Of a stretch of 64,000 nucleotides of DNA, positions 20,990 through 30,163 are shown in pieces. The stretch covers positions 17,983 to 81,982 of the forward strand of contig CAZHDO010000003.1 in assembly GCA_964531375.1 (NCBI GenBank). The letters are read 5' to 3'. This stretch comes from an uncultured Candidatus Saccharibacteria bacterium (GTDB taxonomy: Bacteria > Patescibacteriota > Minisyncoccia > Phycocordibacterales > UBA12445). The stretch's first letter is position 1. Each line of letters begins with the position of its first letter. The position numbers and the translations under genes are program-made. Under the pieces are notes generated by a model, which did not search any database, had not been told where the DNA came from, and saw only the letters and a program-made list of their open reading frames with translations.

Positions 20990-21151
20990 ATGAAAGTTAT
21001 TGCAACAAAAATCTTACTTCTGTCGTTTTTACTTTTAACAATCTCAACAATTGGGTGCCTACAAGAAAAAGGTGGTGAGGTTTTATATACCACCACTGGA
21101 CCGAGCGCAATCGCATCTCAACCCGCTCGTTTGCCTTTTTTTATCCGCTAA
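20990..21151 (+). CDS. Small orphan lipoprotein (53 aa), not in ORF track
   Basis: MKVIATKILLLSFLLLTISTIGCLQEKGGEVLYTTTGPSAIASQPARLPFFIR; TTGACA-17-TAGTAT promoter, GGGGGG SD, terminator at ~21173-21203. Confidence 0.65.
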   Translation: MKVIATKILLLSFLLLTISTIGCLQEKGGEVLYTTTGPSAIASQPARLPFFIR

Positions 21152-21172
21152 GACAAACCAATGTCTCTAGTG

Positions 21173-21203
21173 GAACCGCCTTTAGTAGGCGGTTTTCTTT
21201 TTT
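21173..21203. terminator. Terminator between small lipoprotein and ychF
   Basis: AACCGCCT-ttagt-AGGCGGTT then T run. Confidence 0.75.
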
Positions 21204-21208
21204 AAAAT

Positions 21209-22285
21209 TTAGATTTTAAACTCAATTACATCCCCATCTTTTACAATATATTCTTTACCTTCAGTCCTAAGTAATCCTTTTTCCCTAGCAACTCCAAACG
21301 AGCCTGAATCTAATAAATCTTGCCAATTTATTACATCAGCGCGAATAAATTTTTCTCTAAAATCTGTATGTATCGCTGTCCCAGCTTCTGGGGCAGGAGA
21401 ATTTCTTTTTGTAGTCCACGCACGAGTTTCATCTTCCCCTGTCGTAAGAAAAGTTATTAAATCTAAAATCTCATAACCCTTTTTTATAAGATCATTTATT
21501 CCGTCGTCTTTTACTTCAAGAGCCTTTCTGTATTCATTCTTTTCATCTCCTTCGAAAGCTGAAAGTTCCTGTTCGATAGCCGCATCTACAACAACATGAC
21601 TTGCCCCAGAACTTTCGAAGAACTTAATTAGATCGCTTGTATCCACTAGCTTGCTCCCGCTCTTGCTATTTAAAACATAAAGAATCGGCTTCATAGTTAA
21701 TAAATGAAGTGACTTTACGATTTTCTTTTCCTCGTCTGTAAAAATTAAAGTACTTGCTAATTGTCCTGCTTCAAGAACTTTTTGAAGTCTTTGTAAAATT
21801 TCATTCTCAATAATTGCAACTTTATCTCCCCTTCTTAGATCTTTACCAACATTAACAATCCTTTTGGAAACAGTTTCCATATCCGCAAGAATAAGTTCAA
21901 GATTTATCACCTCAATATCACTCATTGGATTTGGTTTACCAGAAACGTGAATTATATTTTCATCTTCAAAAATTCTCACAACCTCAGCAATAGCATCCAC
22001 TTCACGAATATTTGAAAGGAATTTATTTCCAAGCCCCTCGCCACTCGCTGCGCCTTTTACAAGTCCTGCGATATCTACGAATTCTATTGCTGTCGGAACT
22101 GTTTTTTTTGAATTTGAGAATTTCGTCAATTTATCCAACCTCTCATCTGGTACAGCCACCACACCAACAGATGGATCTATTGTGCAAAATGGATAATTTT
22201 CCGCAGGCACACACTTTTTTGTAAGAGCATTGAAAAGCGTTGATTTTCCAACATTTGGTAACCCGACAATTCCTATACTGAGCAC
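21209..22285 (-). CDS. ychF: Redox-regulated ATPase YchF; first codons supplied by the integrated element
   Basis: GIVGLPNVGKSTLFN, YPFCTIDP, DIAGLVKGAASGEGLGN, EGKEYIVKDGDV; GTG start. Confidence 0.96.
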   Translation of the reverse strand: MLSIGIVGLPNVGKSTLFNALTKKCVPAENYPFCTIDPSVGVVAVPDERLDKLTKFSNSKKTVPTAIEFVDIAGLVKGAASGEGLGNKFLSNIREVDAIAEVVRIFEDENIIHVSGKPNPMSDIEVINLELILADMETVSKRIVNVGKDLRRGDKVAIIENEILQRLQKVLEAGQLASTLIFTDEEKKIVKSLHLLTMKPILYVLNSKSGSKLVDTSDLIKFFESSGASHVVVDAAIEQELSAFEGDEKNEYRKALEVKDDGINDLIKKGYEILDLITFLTTGEDETRAWTTKRNSPAPEAGTAIHTDFREKFIRADVINWQDLLDSGSFGVAREKGLLRTEGKEYIVKDGDVIEFKI

Positions 22286-23916
22286 GCAAGTTGATGTTAT
22301 TTAATAAAAAAGGAGACAGATTGAGGGCACCGACTGAAGGAGGTATCCATCCATAAGATTCCGGAACGGGAATGAAACCAGATACCTGAATTATTTCCTT
22401 GTTGCCTACTACTCTATCTACAACGCTTTTAACTATGCCTTGTTTTCTCTCGAAATTCAAGCCATCGCCAAATCTCATCTTTGTGTCCAGAGCCAATGCT
22501 TCTATTTGTTTGATATCAGGAAATATTACATCATCAGGCATTTGTGATTCTTGTTTCGACTTCAGTATTTGATTATTAATCGACGACATTCTTTCTCTTA
22601 CCGGATCAACATACTTTTTATATTTATCTATATCCAACAAACCAGCCCCGAATAATTTAGTATATCGATCTTCTTCTTTTCCTAATTTATTTATCTCTTT
22701 CTTTAACGCTTCAACATTTACTGAGATAGTTTTAATCATTGATGGTCTCTCGTTTTTCCATCGCTCAAGATGCCACTTCATCAACTCCGGAGAAGTTAAG
22801 ATATTTTCAAGTTCTCTCCATACTTTTTTATCCGCCACCATCGCATTAATACTTCCCTCTTCACAAGTTGAAGGCAGAGGATATTTATAAATCCTATCGT
22901 TACATCGATAATAAAGATTTGTACCTTTCTTAGGACCGGCGCCGGATCTAGTACAACCGCAAGGACAATGTACTTTTTTTGAGAGAAGATATTCATATTT
23001 AGTACATCTATTAGAATTAATTTTATTAATCTGTAATTTTGCCTGAACACGATCAAACAATTCTTTATCAATAACTTTTATCGTTGGAATTTGAATCCAC
23101 TTATCTTCCGGATGAAACTTTCTGCTAGTCTTCTTTATCTTCTTATACTTTTCCTTCTTGATAGGATTAACCGGTTCAACCGCATAAGAAGCACCGAAAT
23201 GACTTTCTCCAATATATGACTTGTTTCTTAATAATGTAATGAGGGTACTTGTATTCCAAACGCCACGCTTACTTTTGCGAGGAGGGATTCCCAATTCTTG
23301 AAGCTTCTTCACAAGCCCTCTTATGGTACATCCCTCATCAGCCAACGCAAAAATCTTTCGTAAAGTATCTATCTCGTTTGGATTAATTTCATAAAAACCC
23401 TCTTTTTCTTTCGTCCTTAAAACAAAGGTCAAACCGTAAGGAGCTTCAGAAGTAATTATATGTCCCTCTCTGGCTTTTCTTAATTTTCCAATTCTACAAC
23501 GCTCAGCTATCTTTTTTCTTTCATATTCCGCAAAGACACCCCTAACCCCCATCATCAACCTGTCCTCATTGTTTTTTGACGGAGGCATAGTGACAAAGAG
23601 AGGCTCAATACCTAACATTCTCAATTCATCCATTACCAATTCTTGATAATAGTAACGCCTCGCCAGCCTATCATAAAACGGCGTCCCACATCTTCTTCTG
23701 AGCATCTAAACGAAGCTGATCAAGCTGTGGTCTTTCTAGAGTATCTCCGCTCCAACCCTCATCTTCATATACCTGAACAACCTCATATCCTTTGTCTTTG
23801 ATAAAATCATTCATCGCATCAATCTGGGTCTTTATAGTCTGCTCTTCTTCCTGACGGGCAGTAGAAACTCTGGCGTAAGTGGCAATTATTTTAATTTCTT
23901 TTCCTATGTTTTCCAT
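22143..23916 (-). pseudogene. Large serine recombinase, frameshifted near 23670
   Basis: 23671-23916 has YARVS catalytic motif; 22143-23705 has DRLARR, recombinase domain, CPCG..YYRC zinc ribbon and coiled coil; residues between DAVL and DRLAR are missing. Confidence 0.88.
22269..22289 (-). other. Hybrid att site at integrase end (element P arm + core)
   Basis: Minus strand TTGCGTGCTCAGTATA-GGAAT continuing into ychF. Confidence 0.85.
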
Positions 23917-23946
23917 TTTTATTTTATTTATTTAATTAATAATACC

Positions 23947-24258
23947 TCAACTTTTAGAATCTATTAAATTCTGTCCACCACTGGAGACTGAAACTCTGCT
24001 TCTTTTTAAAACTTCTTCAAAAAAATAGTCATAGATCCTGTTTATCTCCAACTGTATATTTTTATCTATTTCTGAAGTAGTTTTCTGATAGATCACTAAT
24101 GGCTCTCCACGATATTTAGTTTTCTTTGACGATAACTTAATTTCCCCAACAACAATGCCACTTGGAATCCAATCGAAATTAACCTTACTGGAAAACAAAA
24201 TCGGACAGCAATAATCTACCACCAAACTTCCAAAGTCTTCTTCATAATCTTTATACAT
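23947..24258 (-). CDS. Hypothetical protein upstream of integrase
   Basis: ORF 103 aa; C-terminal INRIYDYFFEEV helix. Confidence 0.55.
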   Translation of the reverse strand: MYKDYEEDFGSLVVDYCCPILFSSKVNFDWIPSGIVVGEIKLSSKKTKYRGEPLVIYQKTTSEIDKNIQLEINRIYDYFFEEVLKRSRVSVSSGGQNLIDSKS

Positions 24259-24293
24259 ACTATTAATATTAGTTTATAATTTATTCATTAACC

Positions 24294-24959
24294 TTACTTA
24301 TTTTCAGGAATATTATTTATTCCCTGATAAGCATTCTTGAATTCAACCAATTCACACATGCTGTTTATTCGAGAGAATATTCGGCTACCAACAGCTTCCG
24401 TTAAAGATGTCGGATTATGATTGGTGGTGAAGGAAGTGGATCTCAATTGCTGATATCTTTCATTAATGATCTCGTGATATTCTGAAATAATTGCCTCGGT
24501 GAATTTTTCCGTTCCGATATCATCGATAATTACAAACCCCGGATATACCTTTATATCTTCCAAGAAATCAACGGCTTCTCTCTTCTGAAGCTTTTCCAAT
24601 TCTGAATCGAATTCGGAATCAAATTTAAAAGATAATTTAATCGCATTGATGATCTTCTTAGATGCTATTACCGCCACCTTAGGAACTCCTTTCATAGAAT
24701 CTACATATTTTTGTATCCCGTAAACTGTATGGGTTTTCCCTGCCCTTGATACTCCGAAGAGACAGATACCGTTTTTCTCTAGTCTTCTCCCATTAGAATA
24801 TGAATCTAAAAGCTTATTTATAAAGCTAAAAATAAACTTTCCCTCCGGAGTTATTTTTTCCAATGTTGCCTCTCGGAACATATTCGGAATATTAATAACC
24901 TTCATCATCCCCCAAAATGTTTGTGAAATATCTTTCATTTTAATTAATTTTATTACCAT
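24294..24959 (-). CDS. DnaC/IstB-like AAA+ helicase loader
   Basis: GVSRAGKT Walker A, IIDDIG Walker B, IINERY, TTN, RIFSRI. Confidence 0.88.
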   Translation of the reverse strand: MVIKLIKMKDISQTFWGMMKVINIPNMFREATLEKITPEGKFIFSFINKLLDSYSNGRRLEKNGICLFGVSRAGKTHTVYGIQKYVDSMKGVPKVAVIASKKIINAIKLSFKFDSEFDSELEKLQKREAVDFLEDIKVYPGFVIIDDIGTEKFTEAIISEYHEIINERYQQLRSTSFTTNHNPTSLTEAVGSRIFSRINSMCELVEFKNAYQGINNIPENK

Positions 24960-25836
24960 TAATATCTAACTCTACTTTCTCCCACTTAATCGGTTCCTTT
25001 TGAATAAAGACCCCAGGAGTCCTACCAGTATTCACACCGGTAGGAGTCAGGGAGGCTTCTAATAAAAGAAACTTCTCTATTTGCTGATCACTTCGAAAGA
25101 ACCAGTCGGCGCCAAGACGGGCATTATTGGCCATTCTCCAAACATCCGTTTTGAATTTATCAATGGCCAAAATTATTTCTTCCTTGGAAAATTTCTTTAA
25201 CCTCGCTTTAATACGAGCCTTCGGACAAATCCTAGAACCAGGTTGAATCTTTGATTTAAAATGGCCGTAGATCTCTTCAATTGTCTCTATAGAATTTTTA
25301 GCTTTATATTTACTATTACTTAAAGCATTTAAACTATTAGTACTTAAAGCATTTGTGGCATCCAAATCCACCGGTACATTTTGATCCCCCTGGACCACCG
25401 GGACCTTTTTGTCCTCCTGGTCAATAACTGACTTAATTGTGGTCCTCTTTAATATATAGTTGACCTTCACATACCAGTTTTTAATCTTGCCATTCTCATC
25501 CTTTCTCGCGAACCTTTTTACCAAACCCAATTCTTCCAACCTCTTATGAGCTTTTTCAAATGCTTTCTTTCCTATTTTCATTCCCTTCATTACGAATGAT
25601 TTTACAGCCCAAACCTGATTAGTCTTTTGCCACCTTGCCGTATAATAATAGAAACAATATAAGCCATAAATCTTTGCGAAGTTTTTTTCTTTCAAGAACA
25701 AGTCCATGGTGGCCTTAGGAATGATCACCGAATTATGAAGAATATCAATTTCCTTTTCTTTAGATTCTATAAGCTGATCATTGATCATTCCCTCCAGGAC
25801 AATGGGTTCACTATCTTTTACCACCAATTCTTCCAT
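24940..25836 (-). CDS. Phage-type replication initiator (wHTH, repeat linker, C-terminal domain)
   Basis: AHKRLEELGLVKR wHTH, repeat-containing linker, directly upstream of DnaC-like gene. Confidence 0.7.
   Translation of the reverse strand: MEELVVKDSEPIVLEGMINDQLIESKEKEIDILHNSVIIPKATMDLFLKEKNFAKIYGLYCFYYYTARWQKTNQVWAVKSFVMKGMKIGKKAFEKAHKRLEELGLVKRFARKDENGKIKNWYVKVNYILKRTTIKSVIDQEDKKVPVVQGDQNVPVDLDATNALSTNSLNALSNSKYKAKNSIETIEEIYGHFKSKIQPGSRICPKARIKARLKKFSKEEIILAIDKFKTDVWRMANNARLGADWFFRSDQQIEKFLLLEASLTPTGVNTGRTPGVFIQKEPIKWEKVELDINGNKIN
25317..25422. repeat. Candidate iterons/origin inside initiator gene
   Basis: TACTTAAAGCATTT x2 (25317, 25341) and two tandem 27-mers (25369-25395, 25396-25422, 21/27 identical). 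Confidence 0.6.
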
Positions 25837-25841
25837 ATTTT

Positions 25842-26102
25842 TTATTTGCTAAGATTGCCCCATTCTTTTTCATCACGAAGAATATTTTCCCATCTCTTAA
25901 TAAATTGTTCTTTGGTCACCCTATTCTTCCAATCTAATTTTGCTTTCTTTAGCTCTTTTAAAGCATTCTCAGCATTGATTGATGATATCTTTCCATCATT
26001 TTCTCCTTCTGAATTAAAACGATTTTCTAAGCTTAATATCTTCACCCAAGCTCTATCTACGAAATTACTATCTACTCCTACTTTATTGTTTATCTTTGAC
26101 AT
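25842..26102 (-). CDS. Hypothetical protein
   Basis: ORF 86 aa in tight operon. Confidence 0.6.
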   Translation of the reverse strand: MSKINNKVGVDSNFVDRAWVKILSLENRFNSEGENDGKISSINAENALKELKKAKLDWKNRVTKEQFIKRWENILRDEKEWGNLSK

Positions 26103-26120
26103 ATTATTTTTTTATTATTA

Positions 26121-26612
26121 TTAATTGATTATAACTGCGCTACCCCCGGCTTTAATTTCTTCTTCACTATTTCTTTTATATTCTCTTCTCCAATATGTTT
26201 TAAGTACCATATCGAAAATCGATCTACTATTATGAACAAATAATTTTTCAATAGTGTCCAGTGCATCATCAACATCCGTGAAATTAATTACAGCCCCCAA
26301 TTCCTTCAATTTATCCAGAAGATTTAAAAAAGAATCTCTATCCTTTGTAAATCTTTTTGCGGAGCCGGCAATTATATAATATTTCTTTTCGCTATCTTTC
26401 AAATAAGAAAGGAGATCTTTTACACCCGGATTTTCCAGACAATTAAACGCTGAGCCACTTTCTATAAACACCTTTTCGACCTCACAACCTAACTCTTCCG
26501 CATACTCTCTAGCCCATTTCTCTTGAGCCTTTAAATATTCTGCATTTCTTAATGGATCTTTTATCCCGGCTCTACAATAAATTACAGCACTTCTTTTGAT
26601 CTCGTTTTCCAT
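26121..26612 (-). CDS. Resolvase-like catalytic domain, probably inactive
   Basis: AVIYCRAG (no catalytic Ser), VFIESGSA, KRFTK in place of DRLxR. Confidence 0.7.
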   Translation of the reverse strand: MENEIKRSAVIYCRAGIKDPLRNAEYLKAQEKWAREYAEELGCEVEKVFIESGSAFNCLENPGVKDLLSYLKDSEKKYYIIAGSAKRFTKDRDSFLNLLDKLKELGAVINFTDVDDALDTIEKLFVHNSRSIFDMVLKTYWRREYKRNSEEEIKAGGSAVIIN

Positions 26613-26634
26613 ATTATTTTAATTACTAACTTAT

Positions 26635-27177
26635 TTATAAATTCCTTAATTCCGGATCGATATACGGAATTCCTAACATCTCAAAGAGGTCCTCTTCTTC
26701 TCTTACTTCATATTCATTAAGGACACCTTCTTCATCTTCTCTGGTCAAATATCCATCAACGCTTTTATACCCTCTCCTACACCAACCATTAGCCAATACT
26801 TTATGGCTATAATTGGAGGACCCAGTTCTGAGGGCAAAAGTTAATCCCCATCTATCTTCTTCGGTGAAAAATAAATCCAGAGCTATTCCTTCAGGCAACA
26901 TCCTTTGGGAATATCTACAGGGAAGCTCTCCTCTCACCTTTTCCCACCTATTAATAACCGAGGCTATTCCACTTTCGAATAATCCTATTTCATACGGTTT
27001 TGGAATCGCTACTATTTCTATATCACCGACCAAAGGCTTTTTTCTTCTTATACTTCCCGCAATTTCTGCTCTAATACAATGAGGACGGAGTAAATCCAAC
27101 ACCCTCAAAGCTATCTCATGAGCTTCCTCATAAGGGAACCTTTTTTCTACTTCATTCTTTTCTTCTTCTTTATTCAT
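26635..27177 (-). CDS. Minimal family X DNA polymerase (palm + thumb)
   Basis: IAGSIRRKK..GDIEIV, ALDLF, RTGS, EEEDLFEMLGIPYIDPELR. Confidence 0.85.
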   Translation of the reverse strand: MNKEEEKNEVEKRFPYEEAHEIALRVLDLLRPHCIRAEIAGSIRRKKPLVGDIEIVAIPKPYEIGLFESGIASVINRWEKVRGELPCRYSQRMLPEGIALDLFFTEEDRWGLTFALRTGSSNYSHKVLANGWCRRGYKSVDGYLTREDEEGVLNEYEVREEEDLFEMLGIPYIDPELRNL

Positions 27178-27369
27178 CTTAAATATTTTTAACTATTAAT
27201 CTTCCTTCTTCTTTAATAATTCTTAAAAAATCTTTTCCAACATCTATTAATGATGCCAACCGAGAAAAATCATTTCTAAAACAAAAAAGTACCTTATTCA
27301 GGTACATATAATTATTACATTGGTCTTTTTTAGAACTTGAAATTCTAAACAATTCTGGACAATTCCAGG

Positions 27370-28221
27370 CTATTTTGGGCTATTTCTTTTATGGGCGGAT
27401 ACTAGTTGCTCTATCAGCATATCGATATCTATTCCATTTTTTCGCAATTCTTCAACAGACACCTCTCTTCTAAAAAGAATATCTCTCTTGTTGCTTCTTT
27501 TTGGAAAAAAAGCTTTCAGTATCTGACCCTTGAATCCGAGACCATTTAACATATTTATAACTCTCTTGCTTTTTATTTCTTTCTTTATTTCCTGAGGAAG
27601 CTTTGCCAACTCAAGTTTCTCACCAGCATTGTCGTATAGATATTCAAAAAAAGTCATATTCTTTCCTGATGAATGCGGATAGCTAAGTAGACAGCCATTG
27701 ATCCAAATACCTCGTTCTTCTGTCGATACTTCAAATACTTTTGGAATATTGTAACCGGATGAATTCTTGCTTAATATTACTTCTGGTTTGTTGTCCGGTT
27801 CTCTAACAATAATGTTTTTATTATTTTCCATTTCCTCTTTGGCGACAAAAACAAGTTCTTTATATTTCACCTCAAAATCCTCTGCTAACTTTCGCAGATC
27901 TTCTTCATTTTTTCTAAATTCCGCAAAACGATTTTCTAGTTTAAGTTCCTCGTTCTTTTGATTAGAAAATTTGTAATGCTCTAAAAGAAAATCTCGTAAC
28001 GCATTAAAAGATTCGTTAAAAACTTTCCATGTGGAATTTATCTTAGAATCTGAGAACTGGGATAATATTTCACTTGACCAACTATCGTATTCTTGGAACA
28101 TCGCTAAATATCTTTCCACGGACTTTCCACTGGATAAAATCCGGATCAAGAATAATTCCACCTTCTGTTCTGGCAGTAGCTTTATAAATTTATTAAATCT
28201 TTCTTTATCTTCTAATATCAT
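27370..28221 (-). CDS. Hypothetical protein (helical N-terminus, possible C-terminal DNA-binding domain)
   Basis: ORF 283 aa, last of the co-directional defence run. Confidence 0.65.
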   Translation of the reverse strand: MILEDKERFNKFIKLLPEQKVELFLIRILSSGKSVERYLAMFQEYDSWSSEILSQFSDSKINSTWKVFNESFNALRDFLLEHYKFSNQKNEELKLENRFAEFRKNEEDLRKLAEDFEVKYKELVFVAKEEMENNKNIIVREPDNKPEVILSKNSSGYNIPKVFEVSTEERGIWINGCLLSYPHSSGKNMTFFEYLYDNAGEKLELAKLPQEIKKEIKSKRVINMLNGLGFKGQILKAFFPKRSNKRDILFRREVSVEELRKNGIDIDMLIEQLVSAHKRNSPK

Positions 28222-28233
28222 GCATTTTTACTT

Positions 28234-28653
28234 TTACATCAACATTATTTCTGCAGTGCTCAATTCATCTTCTGCTTTTCTTTTGGCATCGATTGTATCC
28301 CAATTCAATAAGTGAATAGCTTCTACTAGCTCCGGGCGCATTCTCCAGTGTATAGCAGCCTCCTCAGGAAAATCAGCGAGAAAAGATACATTATAATTAG
28401 GATTCGGTAATTGATAATTCATCTGTTCGGCTATCTTTCCGGCTAATTTGCCGTATGGTAAGTTGGCATTAGAACCTCCAATTTTCCAACCCATTGCAGC
28501 TCCCATTATTTTAGAAGTAATTGTGTTGTCTGGAGAGAAATAATTCAATAGCAACATCCATCTTTCTTTATCTGTTAGAGGATTTTTCTTAAAATATTCA
28601 ACGAAGTCATTTACTGTTGGATAAGTTTTATTTCCTAATTCTTCTGATGTCAT
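28234..28653 (-). CDS. Hypothetical protein resembling N-terminal modules of HNH restriction nucleases
   Basis: ANLPYGKLAGKIA...HWRMRPELVEAI; no HNH motif present. Confidence 0.5.
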   Translation of the reverse strand: MTSEELGNKTYPTVNDFVEYFKKNPLTDKERWMLLLNYFSPDNTITSKIMGAAMGWKIGGSNANLPYGKLAGKIAEQMNYQLPNPNYNVSFLADFPEEAAIHWRMRPELVEAIHLLNWDTIDAKRKAEDELSTAEIMLM

Positions 28654-28660
28654 ATTTTTA

Positions 28661-30160
28661 TTATTTATTATTAATCACCTCATTAAGTATCCTAAATATC
28701 TCAACCATAACAAATGTATCTTGTTTACAATATTCTTTAATCAGATATATTTTATTTGCTCGGTCTTTTGGCTCTTCTCCTTTATTAACAATATCTCCCC
28801 ACCAGACGAAACCTACATCATTACCAGTATATGGCAGATGGTCATAGGACATCTTGGGAAGTAATACGGTCATTACTGATTCTATCCCAGAACTACCTCC
28901 GAAATCTTTGTGGACATAATGCTGTTTTGAGAATACATCTCGAAGATCTTTCATTTGACGACAGATTCTGTTTAGGACTTTTTCGTATTTTGGAAGTCTA
29001 AGTCCGATCTCTTTGGTGACACCCTTCTCAAACGAAACATTCCAGGCAAGTACCGTACCCTTAGGGTCAACAATCTTTTCCAGTAGTTTTGCAACTGCTT
29101 CAGATGGGTCCGAATTCTCTTCGTGGAGATAATCTACATGGCGCAGTGGTCCGCCTTTCTGATCGATAATGTGCATTGAGAATTGAATAGGAATTCTTTG
29201 GTATGGTCTGAATCCAGAATATGCAGGTACTGCTGGGGCAAAGGTTTCGTAATCGAAGAAATAAAGAGGGTAAGTATATTCATCTAAAATATATGAGATC
29301 TCTTTCCTATCTATTATTTCTTCTTCTGTTTTGTGGGTATGAATTTGATTCTTTTGTGTCTCGGTAAAACCCTTGGTATCTGCTATCTCGTGCAAATGAT
29401 AAATACCATCTTTCACAAGCTTGGTCAGTTTTTTAGAAGTGATACGAGACAAATCGTGAATAGAATATTCCGGGAACTCCGGATGGGATATCTCGAAGGT
29501 GGCACAGTGACTTCTTCGTCCATAATAATGACAATCACATCCGACTGCCGGCTCTTTCGTTTGGTTCAGATATTCTTTAGCCTCTTCCATTTGTTTAGCA
29601 GTAGGAGCTTTCTTTGCAGAGACTTGATCGGTACTATCGTCAATTATAAAAAGCTTCTTAATATCTATCTCCCCATCACGAACATATTTATTATTTATAT
29701 GAACAATGAATTTTTTACCTATATCAATACCTGCCCGTTCCAAAACAATTACCTGAAAGGCAAGATCTGAAATATGATCTCTTGGCCCATCGTCATCTTT
29801 TTTTGAGCTCGAAGCTTTTACTTCATAGATATCCCATTTTTTAGTTTCAGAATTCCAAACAAGAAAATCACAACGGATTATATATCCATCAGCAACAAAT
29901 GTCGGCTGATAAATGGCCGGCACTTTTTGCGCCATAAGTTGCTCTATCTCTTTTGATGCCGAAAAATCATGATTCTTAACTTCAACGAAACCGGGAAATA
30001 ATCCCTTCGCATATTCCTCTACTGTATTCCCTTGATCCATTATATTCTGTTGCGACAGGGGTACTTCAAACTGTTCTAGTTCAGGTCTATTTAATCTAAA
30101 CCAAGCGTCCTTTGGACACATAAGATACTCAAGAAATCTGGATTTAGATATAAGTTTCAT
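28661..30160 (-). CDS. DUF2779-type protein: PD-(D/E)xK Cas4/RecB-like nuclease + RNase H-fold exonuclease
   Basis: CPK, RCDFL..YEVKAS, DLAFQ, CDC..C; FFDYET, WNVSFE, YCKQD. Confidence 0.8.
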   Translation of the reverse strand: MKLISKSRFLEYLMCPKDAWFRLNRPELEQFEVPLSQQNIMDQGNTVEEYAKGLFPGFVEVKNHDFSASKEIEQLMAQKVPAIYQPTFVADGYIIRCDFLVWNSETKKWDIYEVKASSSKKDDDGPRDHISDLAFQVIVLERAGIDIGKKFIVHINNKYVRDGEIDIKKLFIIDDSTDQVSAKKAPTAKQMEEAKEYLNQTKEPAVGCDCHYYGRRSHCATFEISHPEFPEYSIHDLSRITSKKLTKLVKDGIYHLHEIADTKGFTETQKNQIHTHKTEEEIIDRKEISYILDEYTYPLYFFDYETFAPAVPAYSGFRPYQRIPIQFSMHIIDQKGGPLRHVDYLHEENSDPSEAVAKLLEKIVDPKGTVLAWNVSFEKGVTKEIGLRLPKYEKVLNRICRQMKDLRDVFSKQHYVHKDFGGSSGIESVMTVLLPKMSYDHLPYTGNDVGFVWWGDIVNKGEEPKDRANKIYLIKEYCKQDTFVMVEIFRILNEVINNK

Positions 30161-30163
30161 AAG

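Noticed and set aside
23665-23685. Programmed +1 frameshift (prfB-like TTA TGA) in the integrase
   Set aside because: Poor re-pairing codon, no upstream SD, and the product would still lack conserved residues before DRLAR
28661-30160. Cas4-like protein as part of CRISPR-Cas
   Set aside because: No array or other cas genes in the window; architecture fits DUF2779 nucleases
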